A stretch of DNA of 64,000 bases from Lama guanicoe (lineage: Eukaryota): contig MU053520.1 in the NCBI GenBank assembly GCA_013239625.1, positions 124,001 through 188,000 on the forward strand, read 5' to 3'. Position 1 is the stretch's first letter. Each line of letters begins with the position of its first letter. The position numbers were made by a program, and so were the translations under genes. This document shows, piece after piece, positions 1 to 13,350 of the stretch. The notes under the pieces are model-generated. The model was not told where the DNA came from, did no database searches, and saw only the letters and a program-made list of their open reading frames with translations.

Positions 1-2260
1 TCACCATGTATCTACTCCAGCCAGCCTCCAGGCTTCAGCCTTCTCTGGGTAAGAAGCAGCTGCCTCATGTACCACTCTGCCCCAGAATTTCTCCAAATCT
101 GGGAGACATATGTTACTTCATCCCAGGATCTCACTCACTAATCTGTGCTTCATTCCCTTAGTGTCACGAGAGCTTCCAGTGGTCCATTTTCAGAACAAGT
201 GGGTGGTTTGTTGCTTGCAATCATTACCATCACTATAAATGTTTCTTTGGGCACCCACTGTCTTGGAAAAGATAGACTTTCACCTATCCATTTTCCTGCT
301 TGAATGAATTTCTCTCCAAATTCTCATTTTCTCTTTTACCGTATGAGTAAATGATGTGACCAGTGATTAAAAGGCTGCTTTTATTCTATTCTAGTAAATC
401 TTTCCTGGATGTGTCTAGCCTATTTATTTAAAAGTGGGGAGGAGGGTAGAATTTATTTTTTGTTGTTTTCAGCTTGGGGGCTTCAGAAGAAATCTGAAAT
501 AGTAGGAAAAGTATTATTTCACATCATGATAATTATATGATACATTTCACATACATTAACACCCAGGAAAAACCAAAGATTTTCTTGTACGGACTTATCA
601 CAATAGAGTGCTTTGAAGGCAAACACTGTTAGCCATTTCTATAGATGAGAATATGAGTCAGAGAGCATTACTGCTTTGTCCAAGCTCTCTCACTGGCCAA
701 AAGCCTTGGTCGTCCCCATTTCTAACGTGTGTTTTCCCCATTGAAATACTTTCAATATCTTCTATGCATTAATTTAATTGTAGGGTATGAGCAATTCTAT
801 AATTGTTTTTGTTTCTAACAACTTATTCTTTAAATGATTTCGTGTCTGCTTTGTGTTTTTGTGTGTGTGTGTGTCTGTTTATGAACTTAATTTACTTTGA
901 GTTACTGTTTATTCTACTGTTTGGAAAACTGTGACTAAAGTCACAGTACACTTAGTGTATGTCTAATGGGGATTCTGCAGAAAATCATTCACTTATTTTG
1001 TAACTAAAATTTAAATCTAATCTTGAGTGGTTCTTATATTTTCAATCAGACTCAGTTCATAATGGTGATACGTGAAGAACTCCATGACAAAAAGAGACAA
1101 GCTTTGCCTGCTCCCAGCCTGGATGGAGCCAAGGGAGAAAACTATTGCCTGTACCAAACAAATTATGCTTTTCTATTTTAAAGAAAGAGCAGCTGGGAAC
1201 TACCTCACCCAACATAATACAGAACAGAACCCCATCTTAACCCTTTCACTCAGAAATCTGTACACAGTGCCCCAAAGTCAGCAGAGGCCAGGGATACCAG
1301 GCATGTTGACACTCTTGTCAGGCTGCAGTGTCAGTGTGCCCGGGGTTGACGCGATATCCCCAGGGAAATCTTTAATTTAAAAGGGTGATACAAAATCTGC
1401 TGTCACAGCAAAGATCTGTCAGTCACAGGCACAGCCACAAACTACAACTTGCATCCCCAGTCACCTGGAATTTCAGATATTGCTATGTATCCACACCATG
1501 TATAGCCCTTTTCACTATAACCGTTAAGGGAGCAATTGTCAAGTAGAAGTGAGGGATTCTAAATTTCCTCCTTTTTTCCCCCTTTGGTCTAAAGTATTCA
1601 TTATACACAAACTAAGAAATCCACTACTGACTGCTTTCTACCACTGGCTTTTCATCGGGGCCTGCACTACAATTTTTGTTAGTGTGCTTCTCTGGCAGGC
1701 TTCCTTCTTCTCAGTGATCTTTGGAACTGTTCTATACAAGGATCACTGTTTTCTCTGCTGGAGAGGTATGTGGCTCTGTGAGAAACACTGGAAAATGTTA
1801 GACATTAACTGTGTCCTCTGAGCCATGGACAGATATAAACAATACTTTAATTGTACTAATAACGATTAGAATAAGAGGGAATTCAATGTTAAGAAGGAAA
1901 AAAGCAGGGAATGGGTGGTTACACACGTATGGTATAGGTTGGCGACAAAGGAAGGAAATGTAGAAAATATGTGGACAGGACTTACCACTGTGTTTCCATC
2001 AGTAATAGGGGGAAAAGCTGAACTGGATGAGAATGGGAGGAAACAGAAGGAAATAAGAGATAGGCTGAGATTGCTGAAACAATTGAATTAAAGCAACCTG
2101 TCAGAGTAATCTGATGCCTCATGCAGAAAATTTATCATGGGTACCACTGAGATCCTGTATCTTGGGGTAGAAGCTTGAGAAATGCCATCTGAGCTCATAT
2201 AGAATTTAGCCCTGAACTGCGTAGTACTGATGCAGTAAAACAGTTTTAAGTTTTTATAAA
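1..2260 (-). pseudogene. RNF213-like: RNF213-like pseudogene, block 3 (AAA3-AAA5 region); continues past the window start
   Basis: Minus-strand translation: DGISQASTPRYRISVVPMINFLHEAS vs DECSFVSLRDVERCVKVFRWFHEHS; HPFPAFFLLNIEFPLILIV vs NVFMMVVCIELKIPLFLVG; LLLDNCSLNG..CGYIAISEIPGD vs PLLEDGCIED..VGFVGISNWALD; LVQAIVFSLG vs IAQAVLRNFS; ILVTK vs LLVLTK. Confidence 0.75.
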
Positions 2261-2340
2261 AATAAAATAAAAAATTCTGAGATAGTCAATATATTTGTGA
2301 CTGATGGCAGCTTGGAGGTGGAATTCAATAACATCCATGG

Positions 2341-2577
2341 CAGTGGTCTCAAAGCCTTTTGAAAACATACTGCTATCCTTAAATTATTTGAGCAGGTGTC
2401 TCTAATATATACATGCATATGTTTATAAGTTATATATATGTGCTATTAAACTATTATATTAGGAGTGTTACAAACTATACAAATTGTACATGTTAAAGGA
2501 TGAAGTAAATCTATTTATTTTGATTTTTTCTTAAAAAGTTTTGTGTCATCCTCCTCATTCCACTTTGAAGACCACTG
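2341..2577. mobile_element. hAT-Charlie-type non-autonomous element
   Basis: Inverted termini CAGTGGTCTCAAAG ... CTTTGAAGACCACTG. Confidence 0.55.
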
Positions 2578-2603
2578 GTTAAGATTTTCCTTGATTTCAA
2601 TAG

Positions 2604-2731
2604 AAATTACTTTCAAACCTATTGCTCTGATGTCCAATGAGGTAGTCAAGACCATTAATATAATTTTCCTTCTACATATGAGACAACAGAAATGTGGGCA
2701 GTTTAAAAATGGTTTATTCCTGTTTCCATAT
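2604..2731 (+). pseudogene. First relic exon of the inverted block
   Basis: ITFKPIALMSNEVVKTINIIFLLH vs ESHGSVERSSLTLATAINQRGIYVIQ, the RNF213 segment directly after the one at 39.2 kb; aatag acceptor, gtaaat donor. Confidence 0.55.
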
Positions 2732-4818
2732 GTAAATATATTTAACTAACCCAGTCAGACTAGCATAAGGAACTTATAAATTCTTATAATAGATGTCAAA
2801 GTGTCAAATATGGAATTTCTACAGGACATCTCATATTTGCTTATTCACTTGTGTATTCTTTGTCTCACTTTCTGAGAAGCTCTCACTCTACATTTAGCTC
2901 TGTAGACTGAAGACACATGCAAATTTCCCCTGCTATCCAAGCTGACTCCACTTCTCCATCCTTTGGGTTCCCATGCTGCATCAAAATGTTGTTAGCTTTT
3001 GGCCCCTGTGAAAATGAACAGATAGATTAACCACCTGTCCTATTCCCTATAAACCAGAAAAGGACATTCACAAAATAGGCTTGCTTAGAATTTCAATTTT
3101 ACATATGAGTGCAACCCTTTGCTTTGTAGCTATCTGGGGATATGCTGAAGTTGTGTGCAGCTCTGTTTATGATTTGTCCAATACAAATGTCTCTGATCAC
3201 TGCACCCAAAAGCTGATCACTCTGCTTTTGTTTTATTTCTGAAGCTGCTTTATCATATATCTTTTCTTCCTCTGACACTGGATTTAAGCATCACTTATTT
3301 TTAAAATTATCACTACCACACTTTGGGATGCTCTAAGCAAATTTCTAGGTACCCAGCTGCATTTTTATTTCATTTTACTGTATTTTGTTTTACTCAGCTG
3401 CATCTTCAGAAAGTTTCAATGAATTTTTGTGTGTGTTTTCTCATTTAATCTTAACAACAGCCCTAAAGGATTTTTACTAGAATATACATTTTAAAATTAT
3501 GGACACTGAGGCTTACAGAATTATCTCACTTGCCTAATGTCAGAGTAAAGTAGTGGGGAGAGTCAGGTCAGGCTGACTTAGTTGCCCACCATTTTAATTT
3601 TTTGCCATACTTCCTCTAAACAAATTGTTTTATTATTACTTTTTTTCATATTGGTGTTCTACTCTGCTTTACCTTTTTGGGTATGGTTCTAATAAAATCC
3701 ATTGAAATTATACCAGAAATATTATATGAGTCAATCAAAATAACCCAGACTTAAATATTAATGTATTTGGAGATTAGTATCTTTTTGATTATGTTACTCA
3801 GCTGTTGTCCCACCGTTGGGCAGTCTCCTAGAAAATGTACCACCTCCTTAGTTTAGCTGCTACTATTTCTACTACTACTACTCACACACACAGATACACA
3901 CATACACACACATACACACACACACACAGATTCTAGATAGCTTTAATAGGCCCCAAAGTAGAAATGATTATATTCATTGGCTACAAAGAGTTTACTGTTT
4001 AGCAGAAAATATCCATAGACCTGTTTTAAAAGTCATCAGGGAATAGTGCCTTCTTAGTTGGCATATTGAATATTTCTCAGAGATAGTGAGACATGGACAG
4101 ATTAAATTTCTAACAATGCAAAGGTTACAAAAATTATATTTAGTCCCTGTAATCAAGGGATCTATTGGATTATAACTTTTGTTGTCTTAATTTAATGCCA
4201 ATGCAATGCTTTGCTCACTTTATGATTGATAACATTTTATCTAGCTTGTCATCTTGTTTCATCTTCAGTGCCCCATTTATCATTCTATCAATTGATTCAC
4301 CATGTGTTGTATGTATCTTGATTCCCAAGGAAAATCCTCACTTGCCTAGGGGAATGGGAAGTTTTCCACTCTTTGTATTCTTCACAATGGTTAGCACTGG
4401 GTGATGCATGAAGTAGACTCTATGCAAATATCCATTGAGTTGCTGAAATAAATTTCAGTAGTATTTTTGGAAGCTTGAGTGGATAGAGCTTTCAGAGCAT
4501 GCTGCCAACAGCTAATTATAAGATTACAAACATCATCTCTTTTAGGCTGAATTATATTTGTAAAATTCATGTGTTACACAAAATGCTTTCAAAAGTGGCA
4601 TCTAGCCAGACTGCCTGTGTAATATATTGTTTAAACTGGGACATTTGAAGAGTAAAATTGGTTAAGATTAAAAATTACACTAAGAAAACAGGCCCCAAAC
4701 CAGTGTTGTCATATACCAACTAAGTCTCTGGTCATAATACTTTTAGCTCTTAAATTCTAAAGTTTTGTAATTTTCCATTTTGTTCAGTTTTAGTTTATAA
4801 TCTTAGCAATTAAAAATA

Positions 4819-5285
4819 TAGACAAATATCATTTTATTGTGCTTCACTTTATTGCACTTTGCAGATATTGTATTCTTTTACAAATTGAAGGTTTGTAGCA
4901 GCCTTGCATTAAGCAAGTCTATCAGCACCATTTTCCTTATAGCATTTGCCCACTCTGTGTCTTTGAGTCACATTTTGTTAATTCTCCCAATATTTCAAAC
5001 TTTTTCATTATTGTTGTATTTGTTTTGGTGATCTGTGATCAATCATCTTTGATGTTACTATTGTAAAAAGATTATGACTTGCTGAGGGTTCAGAAAATGG
5101 TTAGCATTTTTAGTAATAAAATGTTTTTAATTTGTTTTAGACATAAGGCTATTGCACACTTAATAGACTACAGCATAATATACACATAAATTTTATATGT
5201 ACTGAGAAAGCAAAAACTTTATTGCAGTATTTACTTTATTGTGGTAGTTTGGAACCAAACCTGCAATATCTCTGAGGTCTGCCTC
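4819..5285 (+). mobile_element. Tigger1-type DNA transposon, internally deleted
   Basis: Termini ttttattgtgcttcactttattgcactttgcagata ... gcaatatctctgaggtctgcct. Confidence 0.8.
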
Positions 5286-5369
5286 TATAGAATCTGCCTT
5301 TTTCTCTGTCCTTTTTCACATATCATAATGTTCTCAAGTACTGCATGATCTTATTCATGTGAGAAATCT

Positions 5370-5750
5370 AAAAAAAAAAAAAGTTAAAAAGAAGTAAAGA
5401 GTAGAATGGTGGTTTCCAGTAGAATGGGGTTAGGGAGATGTTGGTCAAAAGATACAAACTATCAGTTATAAAGTTACAAGATGAATAAGTTAGGGATATA
5501 TAATGTGCAGCATGGTGACTACAGTTAATAATTATTATACAGTTGAAATTTGCTAAGAGATTAGATCTCAAGCATTCTCACTATACACACACAAGCACAC
5601 ACAATGTTGTCTCTGAGGTGATAGATGTGTTAATTAGCTTAATTGTGGTAATAATTTTACAGTGCATGTGTATGTCAAATCATTATGTCATGCATATTAA
5701 ACATATACAATTTTATTTGTCAATTATACCTCAATAAAGCTGGATAGAAA
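5370..5750 (+). mobile_element. L1M 3' end
   Basis: gagtagaatggtggtt...caattatacctcaataaagctgg, a typical L1MA/MB tail. Confidence 0.75.
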
Positions 5751-6226
5751 AGAGTAGCATTTACATTCCAAAAATCCTAAGCACAAATTCCATCTCTGCA
5801 GCTGACTGTTTCTGTGATTGTGGGCAAGTTTTTTATCTTCCTTGAGTCTCTGTTTCTTCCATTTATGAAAAAGTATAGTAAAGTGTGTGGTTTCACATGA
5901 TTAAACTAAGAATGCAATAAAATTAAGTATATAAAAAGACAATGTGGTGACTGGCACACATAACCAAAATGAATGGCAAAAGTTATTATGATTACTACTA
6001 AAATTATTGGAATTTTTTTTCTGTGATTGGGCAACCACTGCCGTTGGTCTTTGTATTTCATCATTAGCTGAACATTTTACTTAATTTGATTTACATGTCA
6101 AAGTTTCATAAATTGATTTGAAACTATCAATTGTTGGACAAAATGTGCTACTTACTCAGTCTTAAGATAACTTGTTAAGACTACACATCAACAATCCAAA
6201 TCATACATTGTAATGTTGGCTTACAG

Positions 6227-7064
6227 AGACCTCTATTTTATGGATCAGGTTTGGAAGGATGTCTCCTTTTGAAGCACAATTCTTTTTGTGCTTGTTTCCA
6301 AGGACATTTATGAAAGGACTCCACAAATTTATGTAGTGGGGTTAATTGTAGGACATAGGGGCCACAACTAAGGAGTGACTGATTCTGTAGTCTGGATTAA
6401 AGTGAAGTTGGTATTCAAGGGCAATTGGTTTCAGGATGCCCCAAGAGTACCAAAATCTGTGGATGCTTAAGTCTGTTTTATAAAATGACCTAGTATTTGC
6501 ATGTAACCTATAAAAATCTGCCCATATAGTTTGTCATCTATTACTTATAATACCAAATACAATGCAAATACTATATACAGAGTTTCCAATGTATGGTAAA
6601 TTCAAGTTTTACTTTCTGGAACTTTCTAGAATATTTTTTTCAAGTATTTTCATTCCACAGTTGTCTGAATCTGCAGATCCCACAGATACAGAGGGCTGAC
6701 TGTAGTCACAAGGAGATACAGATCTAGCTAATTAAAGAGAGCAAAAATGGGGGAAGTGACTAACAGGTAAAATGCCTCACTTTCTATTTAAAAGGTCACT
6801 TCTGGGAACTACCTTTGGTGTGAAATAGACTTCAAAGAGAATTTTATAAGACAGGGGACTTCATAAAAGAAGAATACCCCAAAGATTGACTGTACAGAAG
6901 TGATGCATATTTCTTATAAAAATTTCTAGTGGGTTAACTTTATTCTTTACTATTTCTTTAAGGATGCTGAACTCCTCACTGTTGGTGCTATAAATTTCAA
7001 TAGCAAGAAGGAATATCAGTCAATAAATACTTAGCAACAGTATAAATTTTGTACAGTAGAATAA
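6227..7064 (+). pseudogene. Three relic exons (6227-6332, 6795-6899, 6963-7064)
   Basis: YFMDQVWKDVSF*STILFVLVSKD, HFWELPLV*NRLQREFYKTGD and DAELLTVG..KFCTVE follow YSLEEVKELLNKLMLMSGKKD, VFCSVQRLSQAFIDLHSAGN and ALCRQME. Confidence 0.55.
6420..6703 (+). mobile_element. MER2/Tigger-family element
   Basis: taccaaaatctgtggatgcttaagtc ... gatacagagggctgactgta. Confidence 0.7.
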
Positions 7065-7744
7065 GTGAGTATTTCAGGGAGATGCATAGACTAACAGGCC
7101 TGCTTACGGAATACTATAAACACTAAACATCCTGAATATTTACAAGTAGGGCTACATTAACTGAGGAATAAACCATTAAAATCATTATCTTCATTTTGGG
7201 AGTGATTTGAAAATCTAGTGGGTGATATGTGTTTAAAATCATTAGGTAATTTTAATCAAAATGCCCTTAAGTCATGCCCTATAGTATAATCTTTCATAAG
7301 AATTAGGTTTGTAAAGTGTAAAGCATTTTGGATAAAGTCTACCACAGTTTTAATGAAAGTTTGTGTCTTATTTACTATTGGAAATATCTTTACTGAGTTT
7401 TGCTATTTAAATTATACTATAATTTATTAATTTGTTTTCTCATACTTAGATCTAATTTACTGAACAAAGATTACTCATTGTTTCCTAGAACCATTATTTT
7501 TAGTGGTTTGTTTGCATAGCCAAAACAACACAAAGATACAATAAAATAATAAAGTATTTCAAAGGAAGTAATACTATAGATTAGTGTCCAGTTATACCTA
7601 TAAAGTATGGGTTTATGTTTTTCTCTCTATTTACTTCTGAGATTTGACAAATTATAAATTCTAAACAGAAATGTTAGGCACTGCTGCTTGGTTTCTTAAC
7701 ATGGAAAATTCCTACAGAGTACTCCAAAAACCACACAGTCAGAG

Positions 7745-8280
7745 TGTTACCCAAAATGGAAAGGAAAAAGATGCCAGTTCTTTTCTTACCTGAAGGATAA
7801 GAATACAGGTGGGAGATGGTGCATTGTGTAGTGAAAGATTTTAGCTGATTTATTTCGGAAAGGAAAAGTACAAGAATAGGTGTCGGGCTGATCCAAAAGA
7901 GGAAAAAGTGGTGGTCTTTGTCCCTTCCTCTTATATCCTCACTTAGAGATGGTCCTTTGATTGATGTCTCTTGCCCCTGGAATGCCTAGTCATGTTTGTC
8001 CCTTTTGCACATGTCCTTACTAATTATGCACACAGCAAAACCCGTGAGGGGTCCTAAACCACAATGCTAATTATATTACAATGAGCACTGGGTCATGTCT
8101 GATTAGGCTCTGGCCATCATACAGTTGCAGCAGTAGGGTTCTAACTGGTTTCTTCTGTCACTCATTTAGAGGACATAAAACTTGTTTATGCTGAGGTGGG
8201 CATAATACCATCTTCAAGACCATCCTCCCTCTCCTCCACCTATCTGCCTGGTGTCCCCACTTATCTAACTGCCTATTAAT
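7745..8280. mobile_element. Solo ERV LTR inside a relic exon
   Basis: TGTTAC start, LTR-like composition, exon-like sequence on both sides; right boundary approximate. Confidence 0.55.
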
Positions 8281-8857
8281 AGCAGTTTCTTAAACAATGT
8301 GTAGTGTAAAAGTCAGAAAGAAATAAGCATGGAAATGACAAGAAACTAAAATTCAAAATGACATATTGTCTTTAAATTGAGGTACACCCACCACTTCCAT
8401 AATCCATTTTAAATGGCCATGACATAACTTGCTTTTAAAGAAAAGTTATTTGGGAAACTTGATATATTCCTGTGAGTCTATATATAGACCTTATTTTACA
8501 GATGATTATTCTACTTTCACTTCACTTTGAATGTTTATAGGTAGGCACTGTCTGTAACTAAACGTATAGCATAAGACAGAAATGATGCTGTCAATTTCTC
8601 TATGCCATCTATTTCCCATACACTGACAGAATCACAATCCAGTGAGCTGAAATAAGATGTCATAAATCCCATTAGGAAGCAGATTAGCAAAAGATTTTGG
8701 CATGAAACAAACCCAGGTTCTTTTCATTCTCAGACCTCCATTAGCATTGTTTGTGAGTTTATTTTCATTGGCCACTTTATTCAAGTATAAACTTGAAGTC
8801 TGTGCCCAACTTTGACCCAACACTTGACAGAAGACTAATCCTATGTCAATATATGCC

Positions 8858-9063
8858 AGGAATTGGACAACTAACGTCTAAGGGCCAAATCTAGCCTGTA
8901 GCTTGTTTTGGAAAATAAAATATTTTTGAAGCACAGCCATGTCCATTAGCTTCTTTCACTGTACAATTTCGGAGTTGAGTAATTGTCACAGAGACAGTAT
9001 GGTTTGTGAAGATTACAATATTGCCTCCCTGAAATTTGACAAAAGAAAAATTGCTGACCCTTG
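8858..9063 (+). mobile_element. MER58-like hAT element
   Basis: gggccaaatctagcctg...cacagccatg...ttgctgaccct. Confidence 0.65.
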
Positions 9064-10289
9064 ATATACACTATCAAATTGTTGAGATGAGAAGAACATA
9101 AGTGTTATCTTGCTGTACAACCTCATTTGACCAACGAGAACACTGACCTCAGTCAGGTAATAATTTGCTCAGTGCTACAAACCTAGTCAAGGAAAATAGC
9201 TATGAGCCACCTCCCACTTCCTGATCCATTAGCCCTTGTGTTCTAACTTAGATAGTAGAAAATAAACCAGGCTTCTCACATAACTGATTGCTGAGGATTT
9301 TGACAGTGTGCTTCAGACTCACATCAAAACTTTTGGAAACAAATGTTCTTACAAAGTATTATGCTCAGCCTGGCAATGGAACATTTAATATTTAATTACA
9401 GTGATTATCTCAGTCCTTCTTTAATTTTTTTCTCTTCCTCTAACTAGTTACTCCATACACTGACTAGAGTAACTAGTTACTCTAGTTTTGCCTTTGTTCT
9501 ATATTGTGTATATATTTTATTATATATTTCCTACTGTATCATTTTTGGGGAATGTTGTGAGGCATATATTTTAAGATAAAGTATGTGTCAGCATAGATCC
9601 AAAATTTTTAAAAACTGTTTTCTACAATTCAGAAACCAAGGATACCAAGTTTTTGCTTTCATCCTTAGAAATATTTAAATGAAAAGTCTCCTAAAATTAT
9701 GATTGGAAAGTGACCATAGCCAGTGCTTTGTGATTTAGTAGTTACAGTTTGCCTTTTCAAATGGTATGCTTATTATCTCTTGACTTTCAGAATAAGTTTC
9801 AGTAATTCCTTTGTAAAGCATTCTATAATCATCACTGATTAATGCAGCTATTATCTACCTGGGTCCAACATATTTAAAAATTTGTTTTGAAAATTGTGTA
9901 CTTGTAGATTAATCTCCAGAGTGAGTTAAGTATGTGTTAGAGGTGATTTAACAGGTGGAGAAAAAGTGGTGCAGATCCTTAATTTGACTTTGAGATGGTC
10001 AGACATCAAACATGTGACAGAACTGGGGAAAGTTTATGGCCCCTTGCTCAGAGTTTACACTCTTCAGTAGTACCTACTGTAAGGTCCAAGAAAAATACTT
10101 TGTTCATATCTTTAAAAATGTTTCCTTACATTTGGTTACCTAATAAAAATTATTATGAATGTTTATTAGATGATAATAAGCTTTTTGAAACTAGTAACAT
10201 TAATGAAAATAAAAATGTTATACCTGTGTAGACTTTATAGCTCATAAAGCAATTTCAGCATATATTAATTAAATTTACTATTTTAAAAG

Positions 10290-13200
10290 TTTTATTTATT
10301 TATTTTGTACGTATAATGTATATACAGAGAAACAATATTCACACACGTATGTGCTGTTCAGTGATTTATCACAAAGTTGACCATCATATGGGTCAAAAAA
10401 TAGAATGTCTCCAGGACCTAGGAGCCTCTCTCATACCCTTCTCTGTAACTAAACCCTTCCTTTCCTCCAAAGGCAACCCCAGATATGATTTATATAGTGA
10501 TATATATATATATTGCATTGATTTGGCTTTATCATATAAACATGAATCTCTAAACACTATAGTTTTGCCTATTTCTTAAATTTTATATAAAAGAACAAAA
10601 ATGGAGTCTTTTGTGTCTAGCTTTCATTTATACTTGTGAAATTCATGCATGTTGTTCATTTGTATTGCTATATAGCATTTAGTCATATGAATATAGAATA
10701 ATTTATGTACACTCTACTGTGAGATGATATGTAGTTTATTTCTAGTTTGGGGATTTTATGAATAATACATCAAAAATATTTGACTACTTTTTTGTGCACA
10801 TATGTATGCTTCCACATTTTGTAGATACTGAGTAAGAGAACTATTGGGTCTTTGGGTGTGAATTTATTCAACATGGTAGATAATCTAAAAGGATTTCCCA
10901 AAGGAACTGCATGATTTTATACTACTCTTAGAATTGGAAATGTTGTCATCCATCCACAGTTTCAGCATCTGCTATTATTTTCTTATTTTCAGTCATTCTG
11001 ATGGGTGTGCAGTGTTAACTCATTGTGCTTTTAATTCTCATTTTTCTCTTTTCTAAGGAGGCTGAACACATATTTATTGGCCATTTGTACACCCTTTTCT
11101 TGAGGAAGATATTCTAATGTCTAGTTTATTTTACTGTAAGGTTGTTATTTTTTTCCTCTTGTTACGCAGGAGAATTTTTTACATTTTGGAAATAATTATT
11201 TGTTGGATATATAGCACGCATATCTTTCATCAATTTGGATTGCCAGCTATGTGCCTTAAGGGATACTTTTTTTTTAAAGAAAACAAAAATTTTAATGTGG
11301 TCGAAGTGACCAATATTTTTTATTTAGTGTTTTGTTTTTAAATTCTGTCCTGTTTAATAGGTTTCTTCCTGACTCCAAGGCATTAAAATATTATTTTGTG
11401 TTAACTTCTAGATGCTTAATTTTTCTTCCTTTACAATTTAATTTGCTATAATCCAAAATAAAAATTTCCATATGGTGAGAGTTAGGGGGTCAAAACATTT
11501 TTTTTCCATATGGATATAATATTGTCCCTGCACATTTTTTTTTTCCAGAAAGGCTGACCCTCCCAACTGTTTTGCCATGCCGTTTTAATTATGTATCAAG
11601 TGGCCATATGTGCATGGATATTTATTCTGGGCCCTCTCTTCTGTTCTTTTGATTTTTTTTGTCTATTTCTAAACAATACCTCACTACTCTAATTCCTGTG
11701 ATTGTAAAATAAACTTTGATAGCTGATAGAGCAAATTTTCCTGCCTTGTTCTCTTTATTTAAACAGATTTTGGCCACCCTTAACCCTCTGTATTTCCATA
11801 AATTTTAAAATCATCAGATTTCAAAACAAAAAGTTTATGGGTTTTTATTTTAAATAAACTTTTTATTGAAGTATCACACATGTAAAAATATGAACAAAGT
11901 GTCCAATTAGATTTATTTTACCCTGTTTAATATATTTAATTAATAACTATACAGATTTTTTTAAAAAAAAAAAGACTATTAGAAGCTCCCCTTGTGACCT
12001 AGCTAGTCAATGCCACCCCATAAAGGTAATTGGAATTCTGATTTTTTTCACCACACTATTAATTTGTCCTGTTCGTGGACTTTCTGTTTGCTTGAGAGCA
12101 AATACATGACGTGCCTAGGTATTTGTTTTGATTTTGTTTGTTTGCATTTATCCTGTTAGTGTTTAGTTAGTTTTTGCTGAGCTTTTAAAAACTGTGGATT
12201 GATGTCTGTGATCACATTTGGAAAATTATCAGCCAATATGTCTTCAAATATTGCACGTAATCCATTTTTTCTCCATGCGAGGTCCCACCTACATGCATGT
12301 TACACGTTTCCACTTTGCCTTTATATCTCCTTTTTTCTATTTTCTTATCTTTTTTTCCAATCTGTATTTTCATCACTAACCTTTCTTTCAGTTCAATAAC
12401 CCACTTTTCTGCTATGGCTAGTCTAGATTTAAAAATAATTTATTGCATATATTTGGTTTTTTTCCAATTTGATTGTTTTCATTGAATAAAAGCATTCATA
12501 TTTTCTCTATTTTCTTAATTTTTTATTTTCTTTTCTTATTTTTTATTTTTCTTAAATTAATTTTCTTAATTTTTATATACATATACATATATACATATTC
12601 CTATCTGTAACTCCAATGTCTGGATCACTTATTAGTTCTTTATTTTATTTCTTCTGGGGAGAAGGGAGATCATCTTTTTATTCTTCCTTGACATGCCTGA
12701 TAATTTTTATTGAATGCCAACTCTTGAGTATGGATAATTGTTGAAGATCAGGTGATTATAATTTTTTTCAGGGAGGGATTTTTAAAATTCTGGAAAGCAG
12801 ATATTGTGGGAGTGTGGCAAATGGTTTGCTCTTACTCCTAAGTAAGCCTTATTCCTAGTGTTCACCTCCTAAATTTCCACTGAAAGCCTGGGCGATTATT
12901 AAGTTTCCTCCATCATGTTTATTTGGAATCTCTAACTGTGTCTCTCAAGGCTATAAGACTCCTAAAATTTCTGGTCAGCTCATTAGCCATCTAGCTATTT
13001 CTATCTGGTCTTGCCCACCTATGCACAGCTATACTTAGTCAGATATCTCAAAGGGAAAATTTTGGGCAGCTTTGTCCACTCCAGGATCCTGGCTTAGATA
13101 CTCTAAATTCTTAACTTCTGTGTCCTGTATCCTCAAACAACTGAGGCTGAAACAAGTCCTAAGCTGCTGAGTTTTGCCTGTCCTCTATTCCCTAAAATGG

Positions 13201-13350
13201 TAATCAGGAAATGTCCATCTTGGCCTTCTAAAATCCTGGCTCTTCTGTTTTCTTTTTTAACTCTTCAAATATTTTTTGTCTGTTTTTAGCTTTCAAAGCT
13301 GTTCTTTGTTGAAGAGTCAGTATGATATAGGCTTGTCTGTCAAGACCAAA
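10290..13350 (-). mobile_element. Old L1M fragments
   Basis: T-rich L1 antisense motifs (ttggccatttgta, tttccatatggata, tttggaaaattatcagcc). Confidence 0.65.

Larger units (their letters stand above)
7669..10078 (+). pseudogene. Relic exons 7669-8381 (split by an LTR), 8630-8752 and ~9790-10078
   Basis: NPIRKQISK (SPVERCLPR), AAIIYL (AALAVYM), EKVVQIL..GKVYGPLL (EEVALLL..HKVYSLL); donors gtgagt and gtaagg. Confidence 0.55.

Noticed and set aside
1072..1821. Plus-strand ORFs and an apparent donor at 1766
   Set aside because: The opposite strand gives the RNF213-like AAA peptide; the plus translations resemble nothing recognisable.
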